A stretch of DNA of 64,000 bases from an uncultured delta proteobacterium (GCA_963816395.1 CAWFKQ010000008.1:64001-128000); one strand, 5' to 3'. Numbered from the stretch's first letter, positions 45,835 to 56,693 are shown. Translations and numbers: made by a program. The notes: a model not told the origin generated them from the sequence alone.

Positions 45835-47743
45835 ATGAGCGGTATTCTCGAAAATCTCGGTTCGACCGCCGAGCTCAAGAGGCTTTCCATCGCCGAACTG
45901 GAAACCCTGGCCGGAGAATTGCGGCAGACGATTATCGACACCGTCGCCCGCACCGGCGGGCACCTGGCCAGCTCCCTCGGGGTGGTGGAGCTGACGCTGG
46001 CCCTGCACCGGGTGTTCGATTCCCCCCGCGACCGGATCGTTTGGGACGTCGGCCATCAGGCCTACGCGCATAAACTGCTCACCGGCCGCCGCGAGCGCTT
46101 CCCCACTCTGCGGCAGCTGGGGGGGGTCAGCGGTTTTCCCAAGCGGCTGGAAAGTGAGCATGACTGCTTCGATGTCGGACATTCCAGCACCTCCATTTCC
46201 GCCGCACTGGGGATGGCCGCCGCTCGCGACACCCTGGGCGGCGAGGAAAAGATCGTCGCGGTGATCGGCGACGGCTCCCTCACCGCCGGACTGGCCTTCG
46301 AGGGGCTGAATCAGGCAGGGCACCTGAAGCGCGACCTGATCGTCATTCTCAACGACAATGAGATGTCGATCTCCCCCAATGTCGGGGCGCTCGCCTCCTT
46401 CCTCTCCCGCGCCATGACTTCCGATCTCTTCGTCCGCTTCCGCAAGGAGACGGAAAATCTGCTGTCCAATGTCCCGCGGTTCGGCCGCGACCTGGTGCAC
46501 CTGGCGCGGCGGGCCGAAGATTCGATCAAGGGTTTCTTTACCCCCGGCATGCTCTTCGAAGCTTTCGGGTTCGATTATGTCGGACCGCTCAACGGACATC
46601 GCCTGGAAGAGCTGATCCATACCCTGCAGAACGTCTCCCGGCTGAAGCGGCCGATTCTGGTGCACGTCATCACCCGCAAGGGGAAAGGGTATGCCCCGGC
46701 CGAAAAGGACCCGCCCCGTTATCACGGGGTCGGCCCATTCGATCCGGCGACCGGGGAAGTGCTTGGCGGCAAAGGGGAGGCGGCGAGTTATACCGCGATC
46801 TTCGGGCGAACCCTGGTGGAGATGGCGGAGCGGGATCCCAGGGTGGTCGCCATCACCGCCGCCATGCTCGAGGGGACCGGCCTGAAGGAGTTCGCCGACC
46901 GTTTCCCGCAGCGCTTCTACGATGTGGGAATCGCCGAGCAGCATGCCGTCACCTTCGCCGCCGGCCTGGCCTGCCGCGGCCTGCGGCCGGTGGTGACGGT
47001 CTATTCCACCTTCCTGCAGCGGGCCTACGACAACGTCCTGCACGACGTCTGTCTGCAAAATCTACCGGTTACCTTCGCCATGGACCGCGGCGGCCTGGTG
47101 GGGGCGGACGGCCCGACCCACCATGGGGTATTCGACTACTCTTATCTGCGGCATATTCCCAACCTGACCTTTATGGCTCCGCGCGACGAAAATGAACTGC
47201 GCCGGGCGATGGTGACCGCCCTGGGCGCCGCCGGCCCCTTCGCCTATCGCTATCCGCGGGGCAACGGCATCGGCGTTCCCCTGGAGGAGAATCCGCAGCC
47301 GTTGGCGATCGGCCGCGGCGAAAAGCTGCGCGACGGGCGCCACGGGGTGATTTTCGCCGCCGGCACGACCGCGGCGGCGGCGCTGCAGGCGGCCGAGATC
47401 CTGGAGGCCGAAGGGCTGTCGATGGCGGTGGTCGATCCCCGTTTCCTCAAGCCCCTCGACAGCGATCTGCTCACCGGCGAGGCGCGGCGCACCGGCTTGG
47501 TGGTGACCGTGGAGGAGAATGTCCTCGCCGGCGGCTTCGGCTCCGCCGTCCTGGAACTGCTGGCGGCGGCGGATCTCGCCGTTCCCTGTCTGCGCCTGGG
47601 GCTGCCCGATGCCTTCGTCGAGCAGGGGAGCCAGACGCAGCTGCGGGCCATGTACGGCCTGGATGCGGCGGGGATCGCCCGCCAGGTGCGCGAATTTATG
47701 GCCGGGCACCGGGCGGCCGATCCGAGACCGGGCCGTCCTGTAA
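45835..47743 (+). CDS. dxs: 1-deoxy-D-xylulose-5-phosphate synthase (3' end approximate; the apparent read-through probably comes from an indel)
   Basis: [45 protein letters not shown]. Confidence 0.96.
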
Positions 47744-47830
47744 GGTTGATTGCGCGCCCGGTCAGCCGGGTTCTGAAGTTTTGCCCAAGGAGGGGAGCGG
47801 CCGGCCGGAAGCCGCCGCTCGCAGTATTCG

Positions 47831-49634
47831 ATGGAAACCACATCCCTGGAAACTCTGCGCCGCGTCTTCGGCTACCAGGCGTTTCGTCCCCACCAGGAGG
47901 AGGTTGTCGCCGCCCTCCTGCGGGGGGAGGACGCGTTTGTGCTGATGCCCACCGGTGGCGGCAAGTCCCTCTGCTATCAGATACCGGCCCTGCAGCGGCC
48001 GGGAACCGGCATCGTCGTCTCCCCGCTGATTTCCCTGATGCAGGACCAGGTGGACGCCCTGCGCGCCAATGGCGTGCAGGCGGCCTTCTACAATTCCACC
48101 CTGGGCGCCGCCGATTCGCGCCGGGTGCTGGCCGATCTGCACGCCGGTCGCCTCGACCTGCTCTACGTCGCCCCGGAGCGGCTGATGAGCGAAGGCTTCC
48201 TGGAGCGTCTGCGGGAGGTGCCGATCGCCCTGCTCGCCATCGACGAAGCGCACTGCGTCTCGCAATGGGGGCACGATTTCCGCCCCGAGTACCTGGAACT
48301 CGGCCGGCTGCGCCAGCTCTTCCCGGCGGTGCCGCTGATCGCCCTGACCGCCACCGCCGACCCGCAGACCCGGCACGATATCCGCGAGCGCCTCGGGCTG
48401 ATGCGGGCCGCCTGCTTCGTGGCGGGCTTCGATCGTCCCAACATCCGCTATACGGTGGTCGAAAAGCAGAAGCCGCTGCAGCAGCTGATGACTTTCCTGC
48501 GTCCCCGGAAGGAGGAAGCCGGCATCGTCTATGCCCTGAGCCGCCGGCGGGTCGAGGAGGTGGCGGCCCGCCTGGCCGCCGCCGGCCTGGCCGCCGCCCC
48601 CTACCATGCCGGACTGGCCGATGGTGAGCGGCAGCGGGTGCAGGAGGCTTTCCGCCGCGACGAGCTGCAGATCGTGGTGGCCACGGTCGCTTTCGGCATG
48701 GGGATCGACAAGCCGAACGTGCGCTTCGTCGTCCATTACGATCTGCCGAAGAACCTCGAGAGCTACTACCAGGAGACCGGTCGGGCCGGGCCGCGACGGA
48801 CTGCCGGCCGAAGCCCTGCTCCTTTTCGGCTATGGCGACCTGACCCTGATCCGCCGTCTTATCGAAGGGGGCGCCAGCCCCGAGCAGAACCGCATCGAGC
48901 TGCACAAGCTCAGCGCCATGGTCGGCTTTGCCGAACCCCTGACCTGCCGCCGGCGGGTGCTGCTCTCCTACTTCGGCGAGCAGCGGCAGGAGGACTGCGG
49001 CAACTGCGATATCTGCCTCGACCCGCCGGAGCGCTACGATGCCACCGAAAACGCCCGCAAGGCCCTCTCCTGCGTCTACCGTGTGGGGCAGCGCTTCGGC
49101 ATCGGGCACGTCGTCGAAGTGCTGCGCGGCGCCGATAGCCGTCGGCTGCAGGATCTCGGCCATCACCGGCTCTCTACCTTCGGCATCGGCCGCGACCTCG
49201 GGGCCGAGGAATGGGGGAGCCTGCTGCGCCAGTTGATCCATCTCGGCTACCTGGAGCAGGACCTCGCCCGCTATTCCGTCCTGCGGCTGACGGCGGCGGC
49301 CCGTCCCCTGCTGCGCGGCGAGCGGCGGCTGGAGCTGGTCCGCCCCCGCCTGAAGCCACGGCCGGCGCGCGCGGCGCGAAGCGTCGGCGGGCGCACTTCG
49401 CCGGACTATCCACAGGAGTTGTTCCAGGCCTTGCGCGCCCTGCGCAAACGGATTGCCGAGCGGGAAGGGGTGCCTCCCTTCATCGTCTTCGGCGACGCCA
49501 CCCTGGCGGAAATGGCTGCCTGTCGCCCAGCCGACGAGGCGGCGCTGCTACGACTGAATGGGGTCGGACGGCATAAGCTGGCCCGCTACGGCGCGGAATT
49601 TCTGAGGGAAATCTCTACTTTCAAAACGGAGTGA
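47831..49634 (+). CDS. recQ: DNA helicase RecQ; frameshift near 48790
   Basis: [34 protein letters not shown] zinc CRR...CGNCDIC, HRDC domain. Confidence 0.95.
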
Positions 49635-49645
49635 GGGCCGCTCGA

Positions 49646-50636
49646 TCAGGCGGATCGCCGGCCAGTGTCCGGCAGGGATTTGCCCCGCTTGAGCTGGTGG
49701 ATGATCCCTACCTTCTCCAGGGCCAGGACTGCATGATGGGCGAGTTGGATGAGGAAAGTGAGTTCGTGTTCGCCGAATTCGTCCCCCGGTCGATGGCCGG
49801 AAAGAACGACCAGGCCGATGGTTCGGCCATTTCGCTGCAAGGGAGCGGCCAGCAGTCCGGGGGCGGCCAGGAGGTGATCCAGTTCCCAGTCGCCGGTCTT
49901 GGCGGTCAGGGATTTGGGAAAGTCGGCCGGCACCAGCATCGGTTTGCCGTGCCGGGCCATGGCAACGGTCAGGCCGGCGAGGAATGCCGTCGGCGTAATG
50001 GCGGCAGGTTTCGTTGGAAATACCCTTGCCTGCTTTGAGGGAGAGCTTGCCGCCTTCGCGGTCGAAGAGGGCGAGGAAGCCGCGGGCGGCGTGCAATTCG
50101 GTAGTGGCGCAGGTGAGCAGTTCCATGAACAGGTCCTCGATGCCCTGTGTCGTGGCCAATCGCTCGATTGAACTGTTGAGCGACTTCAACATCTTGTGGG
50201 CACGCTGCAGAGACCGGTTCTGCCGCTCCAGTTCCAGCAGCAGTTGCTGATTCTCATGGCGCAGCTGGATCTGCCGGAAAGCTCGCTCCAAGGCATTGTA
50301 GAGGATCTCGCCGGTGTCTATCGGGCGGACGATAAAGTCATAGGCGCCGTTGCGCAGGGCCTGGAGCAGGTTGTAGGAGGAGGCATTGTGGGTGATCAGG
50401 ATCACTTCCACCTCCGGCGCCCGCTCCTTGATGGTTTTCAGCAGGAAAAGGCCGCTTTTGGAGGGAAGCTCGGTCTCGGTCAGCACCAGCGGGATATTTT
50501 CCCGCTGCAGCACTGTCAATGCCTCCTCGCAGGAAGCGGCTTCCAACACCCGGATACCTCCTTCTGCCAGCAGGCTCTGCAACTGGCTGCGCCGTTGGGC
50601 GGAATGGTCCACAACCAGCACCCGCTTTTCGATCAT
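49646..50636 (-). CDS. Atypical receiver domain plus GAF domain protein; frameshift near 49975
   Basis: REC fold 'VLVVDHS...LVLTETELP...ILITH...GAYDFIVRP', coiled coil, GAF 'LLAAPLQRNGRTIGLVVLS...FGEHELTFLIQLAHHAVLALE'. Confidence 0.8.
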
Positions 50637-50815
50637 CGGCCATCCTCCTGTTCCGCCTTTGCTGGCCGGAAGCTGATTAAATTAATTGATTCTGGATCAT
50701 AGTCTTTTCGCCAGCCCCGGGTCAACTATCCTGTCGCCTGAGCAGGAACAGAGACAGCAAGCCTTCGTCGCAACAGCCGGGAAAGGCTGAAATGAGGGGG
50801 AGATGGACGGATTAA

Positions 50816-51244
50816 TCAGGTGGTCGGCCGGACTTCAGCCTGCTGCTGCCGCAGCAGACTTTCCACGGCAACCTGCAGAGCCCGGGCGGTGAACGGTTTG
50901 GGGAGGTAGACTTGACCACCGGCAGCAAAGCCCTGGTTGAAGTCGAAGCCTTCGCGCTTGCCGGTGACGAAGGCTATCGGGATATGGCGTAATTCGCTGT
51001 CGGCCCGCATGCGGCGAGCCAGGGTAATGCCGTCGCAGCCGGGAAGGAGGACATCGAGCACCACCACATCCGGCCTCTCCCGGCGAATCAGATCGAAAGC
51101 CTTCTCTCCGTCATTCGTCGCAATCACTTCATAGCCCAATCTCTTCATGATCACCTGCTGCATTTCGAGAATGGAAGGATCATCCTCGACGAACAGGATT
51201 TTCCCCTTGGCCAAGCGCATTCCAGCCGCATTCGCAATAGACAT
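50816..51244 (-). CDS. Single-domain response regulator (CheY-like)
   Basis: ILFVEDD, VVVLDVLLP, FVTG, YLPKPF. Confidence 0.9.
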   Translation of the reverse strand: MSIANAAGMRLAKGKILFVEDDPSILEMQQVIMKRLGYEVIATNDGEKAFDLIRRERPDVVVLDVLLPGCDGITLARRMRADSELRHIPIAFVTGKREGFDFNQGFAAGGQVYLPKPFTARALQVAVESLLRQQQAEVRPTT

Positions 51245-51400
51245 CCGTGTGCCCCCTCTGGATTAAAGTTAAAATAATATAACATGCAAAAACAAATTAA
51301 AAAAGACTTTTTTTCTGGAAACTGGCTTGCCTTTTCTTAAGGAAAAGAATCGCTTGCGCGAAGGATTGCCGGTAGATAATTTGGTGCAATTACCCAGATA

Positions 51401-51440
51401 GGGATTGTCAACCAGGTAATTGGATCAGGTTGACAATCCC
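51401..51440. promoter_or_regulatory. BirA (biotin repressor) operator overlapping the bio operon promoter
   Basis: Perfect 13-bp arms GGGATTGTCAACC-N14-GGTTGACAATCCC, matching the TTGT(A/C)AACC-N14/15-GGTT(T/G)ACAA consensus; the right arm contains -35 TTGACA, with -10 TAATTT 17 nt later. Confidence 0.88.
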
Positions 51441-51465
51441 TCGCCGGAATGCTAATTTCCCCGCC

Positions 51466-52266
51466 ATGGAAGAGTCCCTGTACAGTATCCGCATGCACGC
51501 CACCCGCGCCGGCCAGCACCTCTCCGGTGCTGAACGATTGGCGGGCGAAAAGACCCTGGAGAGCTTGGCCGCCACCCTGGTGCGGCGTGCCCTCGACCAC
51601 CCGCGGGGCCGCGCCGACCAACTGCGCCTGACGGTGGAAACCGTCGACCTGCGGCAGGTGCAGCGTGGTCGCCTTCCCGACCTGCGGACGGTGCCGGTGG
51701 CCGACTGGCGGGCTGGGCGGGCGGCTGCCGGCCGCCTGCTGGCCGAGGCCGGCGTCGCTCCTCGGGCGCTTGCCGCCGCCTTGACCGCGCTTGCCGCCGG
51801 CGCCGCACCGGGGGGCGTCAGCATGCGCGGGGCGATGCTGATCGATGCGCTCAGCGGCGAACGGCTGGAGGGGGATCCGGCGCGCGGCGTGCGGGTCAGC
51901 CGCGCCGATCTCACGCCGGCCGCCGAGCGGGAATTGCGGCAGGGACTGCGGCGCCTCGGTCTCGATAACCTGCATGTGCGCGAGGCCCTGGTGGTGGCCA
52001 CCAAGGTGCTGGCGGCCCCGGGCATCCTCGCTGAGCTGTGCTGGTCCGACGACCCCGGCTACACCGCAGGCTATGTGGCCACCCGGCGGCAAGGCTACAC
52101 CCGATTCCCCCACCTCAAGCCGGTGGGGGAGGAGCGCGGCGGCCGGGCCTTCTTCCTTTCCGGGGAGGGATTCGACCTGGAGCGGATCATGGACTTTCTC
52201 GAGCGGCAGGTGCTGCTCATCGATGCCGTCGGTGCCCTGCACGGCACGACGGTGGCGGAGGGATGA
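51466..52266 (+). CDS. bioW: 6-carboxyhexanoate-CoA ligase (pimeloyl-CoA synthetase)
   Basis: YSIRMHA, HLSGAER, RALDHPRG, MRGAML, RGVRVS, ELCWSDDPGYTAGYVA. Confidence 0.9.
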   Translation: MEESLYSIRMHATRAGQHLSGAERLAGEKTLESLAATLVRRALDHPRGRADQLRLTVETVDLRQVQRGRLPDLRTVPVADWRAGRAAAGRLLAEAGVAPRALAAALTALAAGAAPGGVSMRGAMLIDALSGERLEGDPARGVRVSRADLTPAAERELRQGLRRLGLDNLHVREALVVATKVLAAPGILAELCWSDDPGYTAGYVATRRQGYTRFPHLKPVGEERGGRAFFLSGEGFDLERIMDFLERQVLLIDAVGALHGTTVAEG

Positions 52267-53444
52267 GTATGGAGGGCTGGCGCCATGAACTGACGCTGCT
52301 GGAGGCGCAGGGGATGCGGCGGGCGCTGCGGACCATCGACGGCCCGCAGGGGCCGCGGGTGTGCCTGGCCGGCCGGCAGGTGCTTCTGCTCTGTTCCAAC
52401 AATTATCTTAGTCTGGCCGATCATCCAGCACTGATCGAGGCGGCCCGGGAGGCCACCGCCCGCTATGGATTCGGCACCGGCGGCAGTCGCCTGATCTCCG
52501 GTTCCATGACTTTGCATGGCCGCCTGGAGGAACGCATCGCCGCCTTCAAGGGGACCTCCGGGGCACTTCTCTTCAACTCCGGCTACGCCGCCAACACCGG
52601 AGTCCTGCAGGCGCTGTTCGGTGCCGGCGATGTCATTTTTTCCGATGCCATCAACCACGCCAGCCTGATCGATGGCTGCCGTCTGGCGCGGGCGCGCACG
52701 GTGGTCTTCCCGCACGGCGACGCGGCCGCTCTGGAGGCGCTGATGGCGGCCGAGGCGCCGCGGCGGAAAGGGCGCTGGCTGATCGTTACCGACGGGGTGT
52801 TCAGTATGGACGGGGACCTGGCGCCGCTGCCGGCCCTGGTGCGGCTGAAGGAGAAGTTCGATGCCCTGCTGATGGTCGATGATGCGCACGGCACCGGCGT
52901 CCTCGGCGCCACCGGACGGGGGACCGCCGAGCATCTGGGGTGTCTCGCCGGGGTCGATCTGCACATGGGGACGCTGAGCAAGGCCCTGGGGGGCTTCGGC
53001 GCCTTTCTGGCAGCCGATCGGGCGGTCATCGACATGCTGGTCAACCGGGCCCGCTCCTTCATCTACTCGACCAGTCTGCCGCCGGCGGCTCCGGCGGCAG
53101 GTCTGGCCGCCCTCGACCTGCTGGAAGGGGAAGAGGGAGCGGCGCGGCGGCAGGCTCTGTGGCGCAACCGTGAGCTTTTCGCCGGCAAGCTGGCTGGCGG
53201 CGGCTGCGATCTGCTGGGAAGCGTAACGCCGATCATTCCCGTTCTTACCGGCGAGCCGGGGCCGACCATGGCGGCGGCCGACCGGCTGCTGGCGGCGGGG
53301 ATCTTCGTTCAGGGCATCCGCCCGCCGACGGTGCCGGCCGGCCGCTGCCGCCTGCGGGCGACGGTGATGGCCGACCACCAGCCGCAGGAGCTGGAGCGGG
53401 CAGCCGAACTTCTCCTGGGCGCGCTGGCGGCAGAGGGCGCATGA
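52263..53444 (+). CDS. bioF: 8-amino-7-oxononanoate synthase
   Basis: SNNYL, NHASLIDG, VFSMDGD, DDAHG, TLSKALG, IRPPTVP. Confidence 0.95.
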   Translation: MSMEGWRHELTLLEAQGMRRALRTIDGPQGPRVCLAGRQVLLLCSNNYLSLADHPALIEAAREATARYGFGTGGSRLISGSMTLHGRLEERIAAFKGTSGALLFNSGYAANTGVLQALFGAGDVIFSDAINHASLIDGCRLARARTVVFPHGDAAALEALMAAEAPRRKGRWLIVTDGVFSMDGDLAPLPALVRLKEKFDALLMVDDAHGTGVLGATGRGTAEHLGCLAGVDLHMGTLSKALGGFGAFLAADRAVIDMLVNRARSFIYSTSLPPAAPAAGLAALDLLEGEEGAARRQALWRNRELFAGKLAGGGCDLLGSVTPIIPVLTGEPGPTMAAADRLLAAGIFVQGIRPPTVPAGRCRLRATVMADHQPQELERAAELLLGALAAEGA

Positions 53445-54246
53445 AGGAATTTCGTCTCGCGGACGGCCGTAGCCTGGCCTACCGGGAGGCCGGCGCCGGC
53501 CTGCCGCTTATTCTGCTGCACGGCTGGTCCATGTCCTCGTGCGGTTTTCACTGAGGCTTTGGCGGAGCTGGCGGAGGATTTCCGGGTGCTCGCCCCAGAC
53601 CTGCGCGGGCACGGCGGTTCGGCGCGGGCGGCCTGGCTACGGCTTTGCCGATTTTGCCGCAGATATCGGTAGCTGGATGGCCGGACTCGACTTGCGGCAG
53701 GCTGCGGTCGTCGGCTGGTCTCTGGGCGGGCAGGTGCTGCTGGAGCTGTTCGCCGCCGAGCGAGCGCGTATTTCGCGGATCGTGCTGCTGGCTGCTACCC
53801 CTCGTTTTACCGCCGGCCCGGAGTGGGAGGCGGGCCTTCCCGACGGGCAGGTGCGGGCTATGGCGCGCGATCTGCAGCGCCGCTACCTGAAGACGATGGG
53901 AGACTTCTTCGCCAGCCAGTTCGTCGGCGAGGCGGTGCCCCGCGAGCGTTACCGGCGGATCGTCGATTTTGCCGTGCGCAGCGGCCGCCTGCCCGAGCCG
54001 GCGGTCGCCCTGGCGGCCCTGGAGAGCCTGCGCACCGGCGACCAGCGGCAGCGGGTCGAGGAAGTCGACTGCCCGGCGCTGGTAGTGCACGGCGGCCTCG
54101 ATCGCATCATCCCACCCGCCGCCGGCCGCTGGCTGGCCGCGCATCTGCCGGCGGGGCGCCTGGCCCTGCTGCCGGAGGCAGGGCATGCGCCTTTTCTCAC
54201 CCGGCCGGAGGAGATTTTCAGGTTGTGGCGGGCTTTTCTGCGATGA
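53441..54246 (+). CDS. bioH: Pimeloyl-ACP methyl ester carboxylesterase; frameshifted
   Basis: LLHGWS, GWSLGG nucleophile elbow, GHAPF; lies between bioF and bioC. Confidence 0.85.
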
Positions 54247-55058
54247 GAGCGGCCCAAAGACTCGACGCCCAGCGGGTGCGGCGCAATTTTTCCCTGCGGG
54301 CTGCGGAATACGACAGCCACGCCGCGGTGCAGAGGCGGGTGGTGGACCGGCTGCTGCAACTGCTGCTGGAAGGCGGGCCGGTCGCCGGTCCGGCCCTGGA
54401 GGTGGGGACCGGCACCGGCCGGCTGTCGCGGCGGCTGGCACAGCTCTGTCAGGGGGTGCGGCCGGTGGTTTCCGATATCGCCCACCCGATGACCTGCCGG
54501 GCGGCCGTCACGCTCCCCGGCTGCAGCGCCTTCGACGCCGACGCCCAGGCACTTCCGGTGCGCTCCGGCAGCATGGCCCTGGTTCTTTCCTCCTCCGTTT
54601 ACCAGTGGCTGCCGGAGCTGCCCCTTGCTTTCTCCGAGAGCGGGCGGGTGCTGCGGCCCGGCGGCCATTTCGCCTTTGCCCTGTTTGGCGAACGCACCCT
54701 GTGCGAGCTGCGCGACTGCCATCGGCGGGCGGTGGCCGAGACCGGCGGCCGACATCCCTCCCATGCCCAGGAATTTCCCACTATGATGGAAGTGCAGCAG
54801 GCCCTGGCGGCGGCAGGATTCGCCCATTATCGTCTGCTGACGGCGGAGGAGTGGGAATTCCACCCGGAAGTAGGTGACCTGCTGCGCAGCCTGAAGTGTA
54901 TCGGCGCCGCCAATGCTGCCGCCGACAGGCCGCCCGGGCTGGCCGGCCGGCGAGTGATGTCCCGCCTGGCGACCCTGTATGAAGCCCACCGGCGCGACGG
55001 CCGATTGCCCGCCACCTACCACATCATTTACGGCCTGGCGAGGAAAGCGGTGAGATAG
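54243..55058 (+). CDS. bioC: Malonyl-ACP O-methyltransferase
   Basis: 'VRRNFSLRAAEYDSHAAVQ', LEVGTGTG, SSSVYQW, LRSLKCIGA, LPATY. Confidence 0.9.
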   Translation: MRAAQRLDAQRVRRNFSLRAAEYDSHAAVQRRVVDRLLQLLLEGGPVAGPALEVGTGTGRLSRRLAQLCQGVRPVVSDIAHPMTCRAAVTLPGCSAFDADAQALPVRSGSMALVLSSSVYQWLPELPLAFSESGRVLRPGGHFAFALFGERTLCELRDCHRRAVAETGGRHPSHAQEFPTMMEVQQALAAAGFAHYRLLTAEEWEFHPEVGDLLRSLKCIGAANAAADRPPGLAGRRVMSRLATLYEAHRRDGRLPATYHIIYGLARKAVR

Positions 55059-55123
55059 GGAGATAGGGAGATAGGGAGATAGGGAGATAGGGAGATAGGG
55101 AGATAGGGAGATAGGGAGATAGG
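55052..55123 (+). repeat. Perfect octanucleotide tandem repeat (GAGATAGG)x9
   Basis: Nine exact copies, starting within the last codons of bioC. Confidence 0.97.
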
Positions 55124-55186
55124 GCGGCGGCAGGCTTTCGTGTTTACTATCTCGACTACGTTACTACCTCACTACCTCACTTGATT

Positions 55187-56362
55187 TTACAGGATCTGCA
55201 GGACAGCGCACTTGAGGTACTCGGTTTCCGGGCAGGCGAGCAGGACCGGGTGGTCATAGGCCTGGCCGCGCAGCTCCACCAGGCGTACCGCCCGCCGGGC
55301 CTGGGCGGCGGCCTGGCGCAGGGTATGGAGAAAGACCTCGCGCTCCAGGTGATAGGAACAGGAGCAGGTGAACAGATAGCCGCCCGGCTCCACGAGTTCC
55401 ATGGCCCGGCGGTTGACCGTGAGATAGCCGCGGATCGCTTCCGCCAGTTTCTTGCGGCTCTTGACGAAAGCCGGGGGATCGAGGATGACCGTCCCGTATC
55501 TCTCGCCGGTCCGTCCCGCCTCCCGCAGCAGTTCGAAGACATCGGCGCGGAGAAAGCTGCTGACCCCCTCCAGCCCGTTCAGCCGGGCGTTTTCCGCGGC
55601 CAGGGCGATCGCGCCCGGGGAAATATCGACGCCGGTTACCTGCCGCGCCCCGAAGCGGGCGGCGTGCAGCGCCCAACTGCCGGAATAGCAGAACAGATCG
55701 AGAACGCGGCGTCCTTCCACCCGCCCCCGCAAGGCCAGATGATTTTCCTTCTGGTCGAGAAAATGGCCGGTCTTCTGTCCCCCCGCGACATCAACGCGAA
55801 ACCGCAGGCCGTGTTCGGTGACCGTCAGTTCCGGCGGGACGTTGCCGTGCAGGATTTCCACCCGGCAGGGGAGACCCTCCAGTTCCCGCACCGACGCATC
55901 GTTGCGGGCGACCACGGCCGCCGGCCGGAAAAGCTCCAGCAGCAGGGGCAGGAGCAGCTCCCGGCGCCGCTCCATGCCGAGGGTGAGGAGTTGCACCGAG
56001 AGGACCGCGCCGTAACGGTCGAGCACCAGGCCTGGAAGCCCGTCCGCCTCCCCGTGCACCAGGCGCACGGCCTCCGTGTCGCCGTATAGCGCTTGCCGGT
56101 AGGCGGCGGCAGCGAGCAGGCGGCGACGGTAGAAGTCCTCGGTATCGATTGATTCCCGGCTGCGGGTGAGAACGCGGGCGGCGATCAGGGAATGGGGATT
56201 GTAATAGCCGGCGCCGAGGAATTCCCCGCCGGCGGCAAAGATTTCGACGGCATCGCCACCCTCCGGATTCCCCTCGATGGCGGCGATCTCATTGCTGAAC
56301 ACCCAGGGATGCCCGCCGCGCAGGCGCCGGTCATGGCCTGGGCGCAGGCGCAGGCGGGTCAT
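55187..56362 (-). CDS. RlmI-family 23S rRNA m5C methyltransferase (paralog 2)
   Basis: GHPWVFSNEI, GEADGLPGL, GQKTGHFLDQ, VLDLFCYSG, LDPPAF, TCSCS, PETEYLK. Confidence 0.9.
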   Translation of the reverse strand: MTRLRLRPGHDRRLRGGHPWVFSNEIAAIEGNPEGGDAVEIFAAGGEFLGAGYYNPHSLIAARVLTRSRESIDTEDFYRRRLLAAAAYRQALYGDTEAVRLVHGEADGLPGLVLDRYGAVLSVQLLTLGMERRRELLLPLLLELFRPAAVVARNDASVRELEGLPCRVEILHGNVPPELTVTEHGLRFRVDVAGGQKTGHFLDQKENHLALRGRVEGRRVLDLFCYSGSWALHAARFGARQVTGVDISPGAIALAAENARLNGLEGVSSFLRADVFELLREAGRTGERYGTVILDPPAFVKSRKKLAEAIRGYLTVNRRAMELVEPGGYLFTCSCSYHLEREVFLHTLRQAAAQARRAVRLVELRGQAYDHPVLLACPETEYLKCAVLQIL

Positions 56363-56661
56363 CGGTAAACGGCGGTATCGAACAGGGCGGCAACGATGCT
56401 GCGGGCCTGATCGGAAGTCACGTGGTAGAAAACCTCCACGCCTTCGCGCCTGCCCTCGATGATCCCCTTGTTCTTCAGCAGCGCCAGGTGCTGGGAAACC
56501 GTGGCCTGCGGCAGCCCGAGGCATTCCCATATCTTCTTGACATTGCAGCTCTCCGACATCAATCCGGCGACGATCTTCAGGCGGACGGCATGCCCCAGGA
56601 CCTTGAGAACTTCCGCCTCCCGGTCGAAGTTCTGCATCTTGTCGAATTCCATCTTTTCCAT
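56359..56661 (-). CDS. ArsR/SmtB-family transcriptional regulator
   Basis: 'LKVLGHAVRLKIV...QATVSQHLALLKNKGIIEGRREG'; AGGAAAGG upstream; ATGA overlap with the rlmI-like gene. Confidence 0.9.
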   Translation of the reverse strand: MEKMEFDKMQNFDREAEVLKVLGHAVRLKIVAGLMSESCNVKKIWECLGLPQATVSQHLALLKNKGIIEGRREGVEVFYHVTSDQARSIVAALFDTAVYR

Positions 56662-56693
56662 TCCCGTGCCTTTCCTGATGACCTGGTAATAAA

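Noticed and set aside
44668..47058. Long antisense ORFs (796 aa here; also 57701..59623, 5778..7505, 38357..40018)
   Set aside because: Shadows of GC-rich genes on the opposite strand with no recognisable motifs
45631..48627. 998-aa ORF suggesting a Dxs fusion
   Set aside because: Dxs homology stops near 47710; the rest is out-of-frame read-through over recQ, probably from an indel before the stop near 47743
55052..55123. CRISPR array
   Set aside because: Contiguous 8-mers with no spacers, and no cas genes in the window
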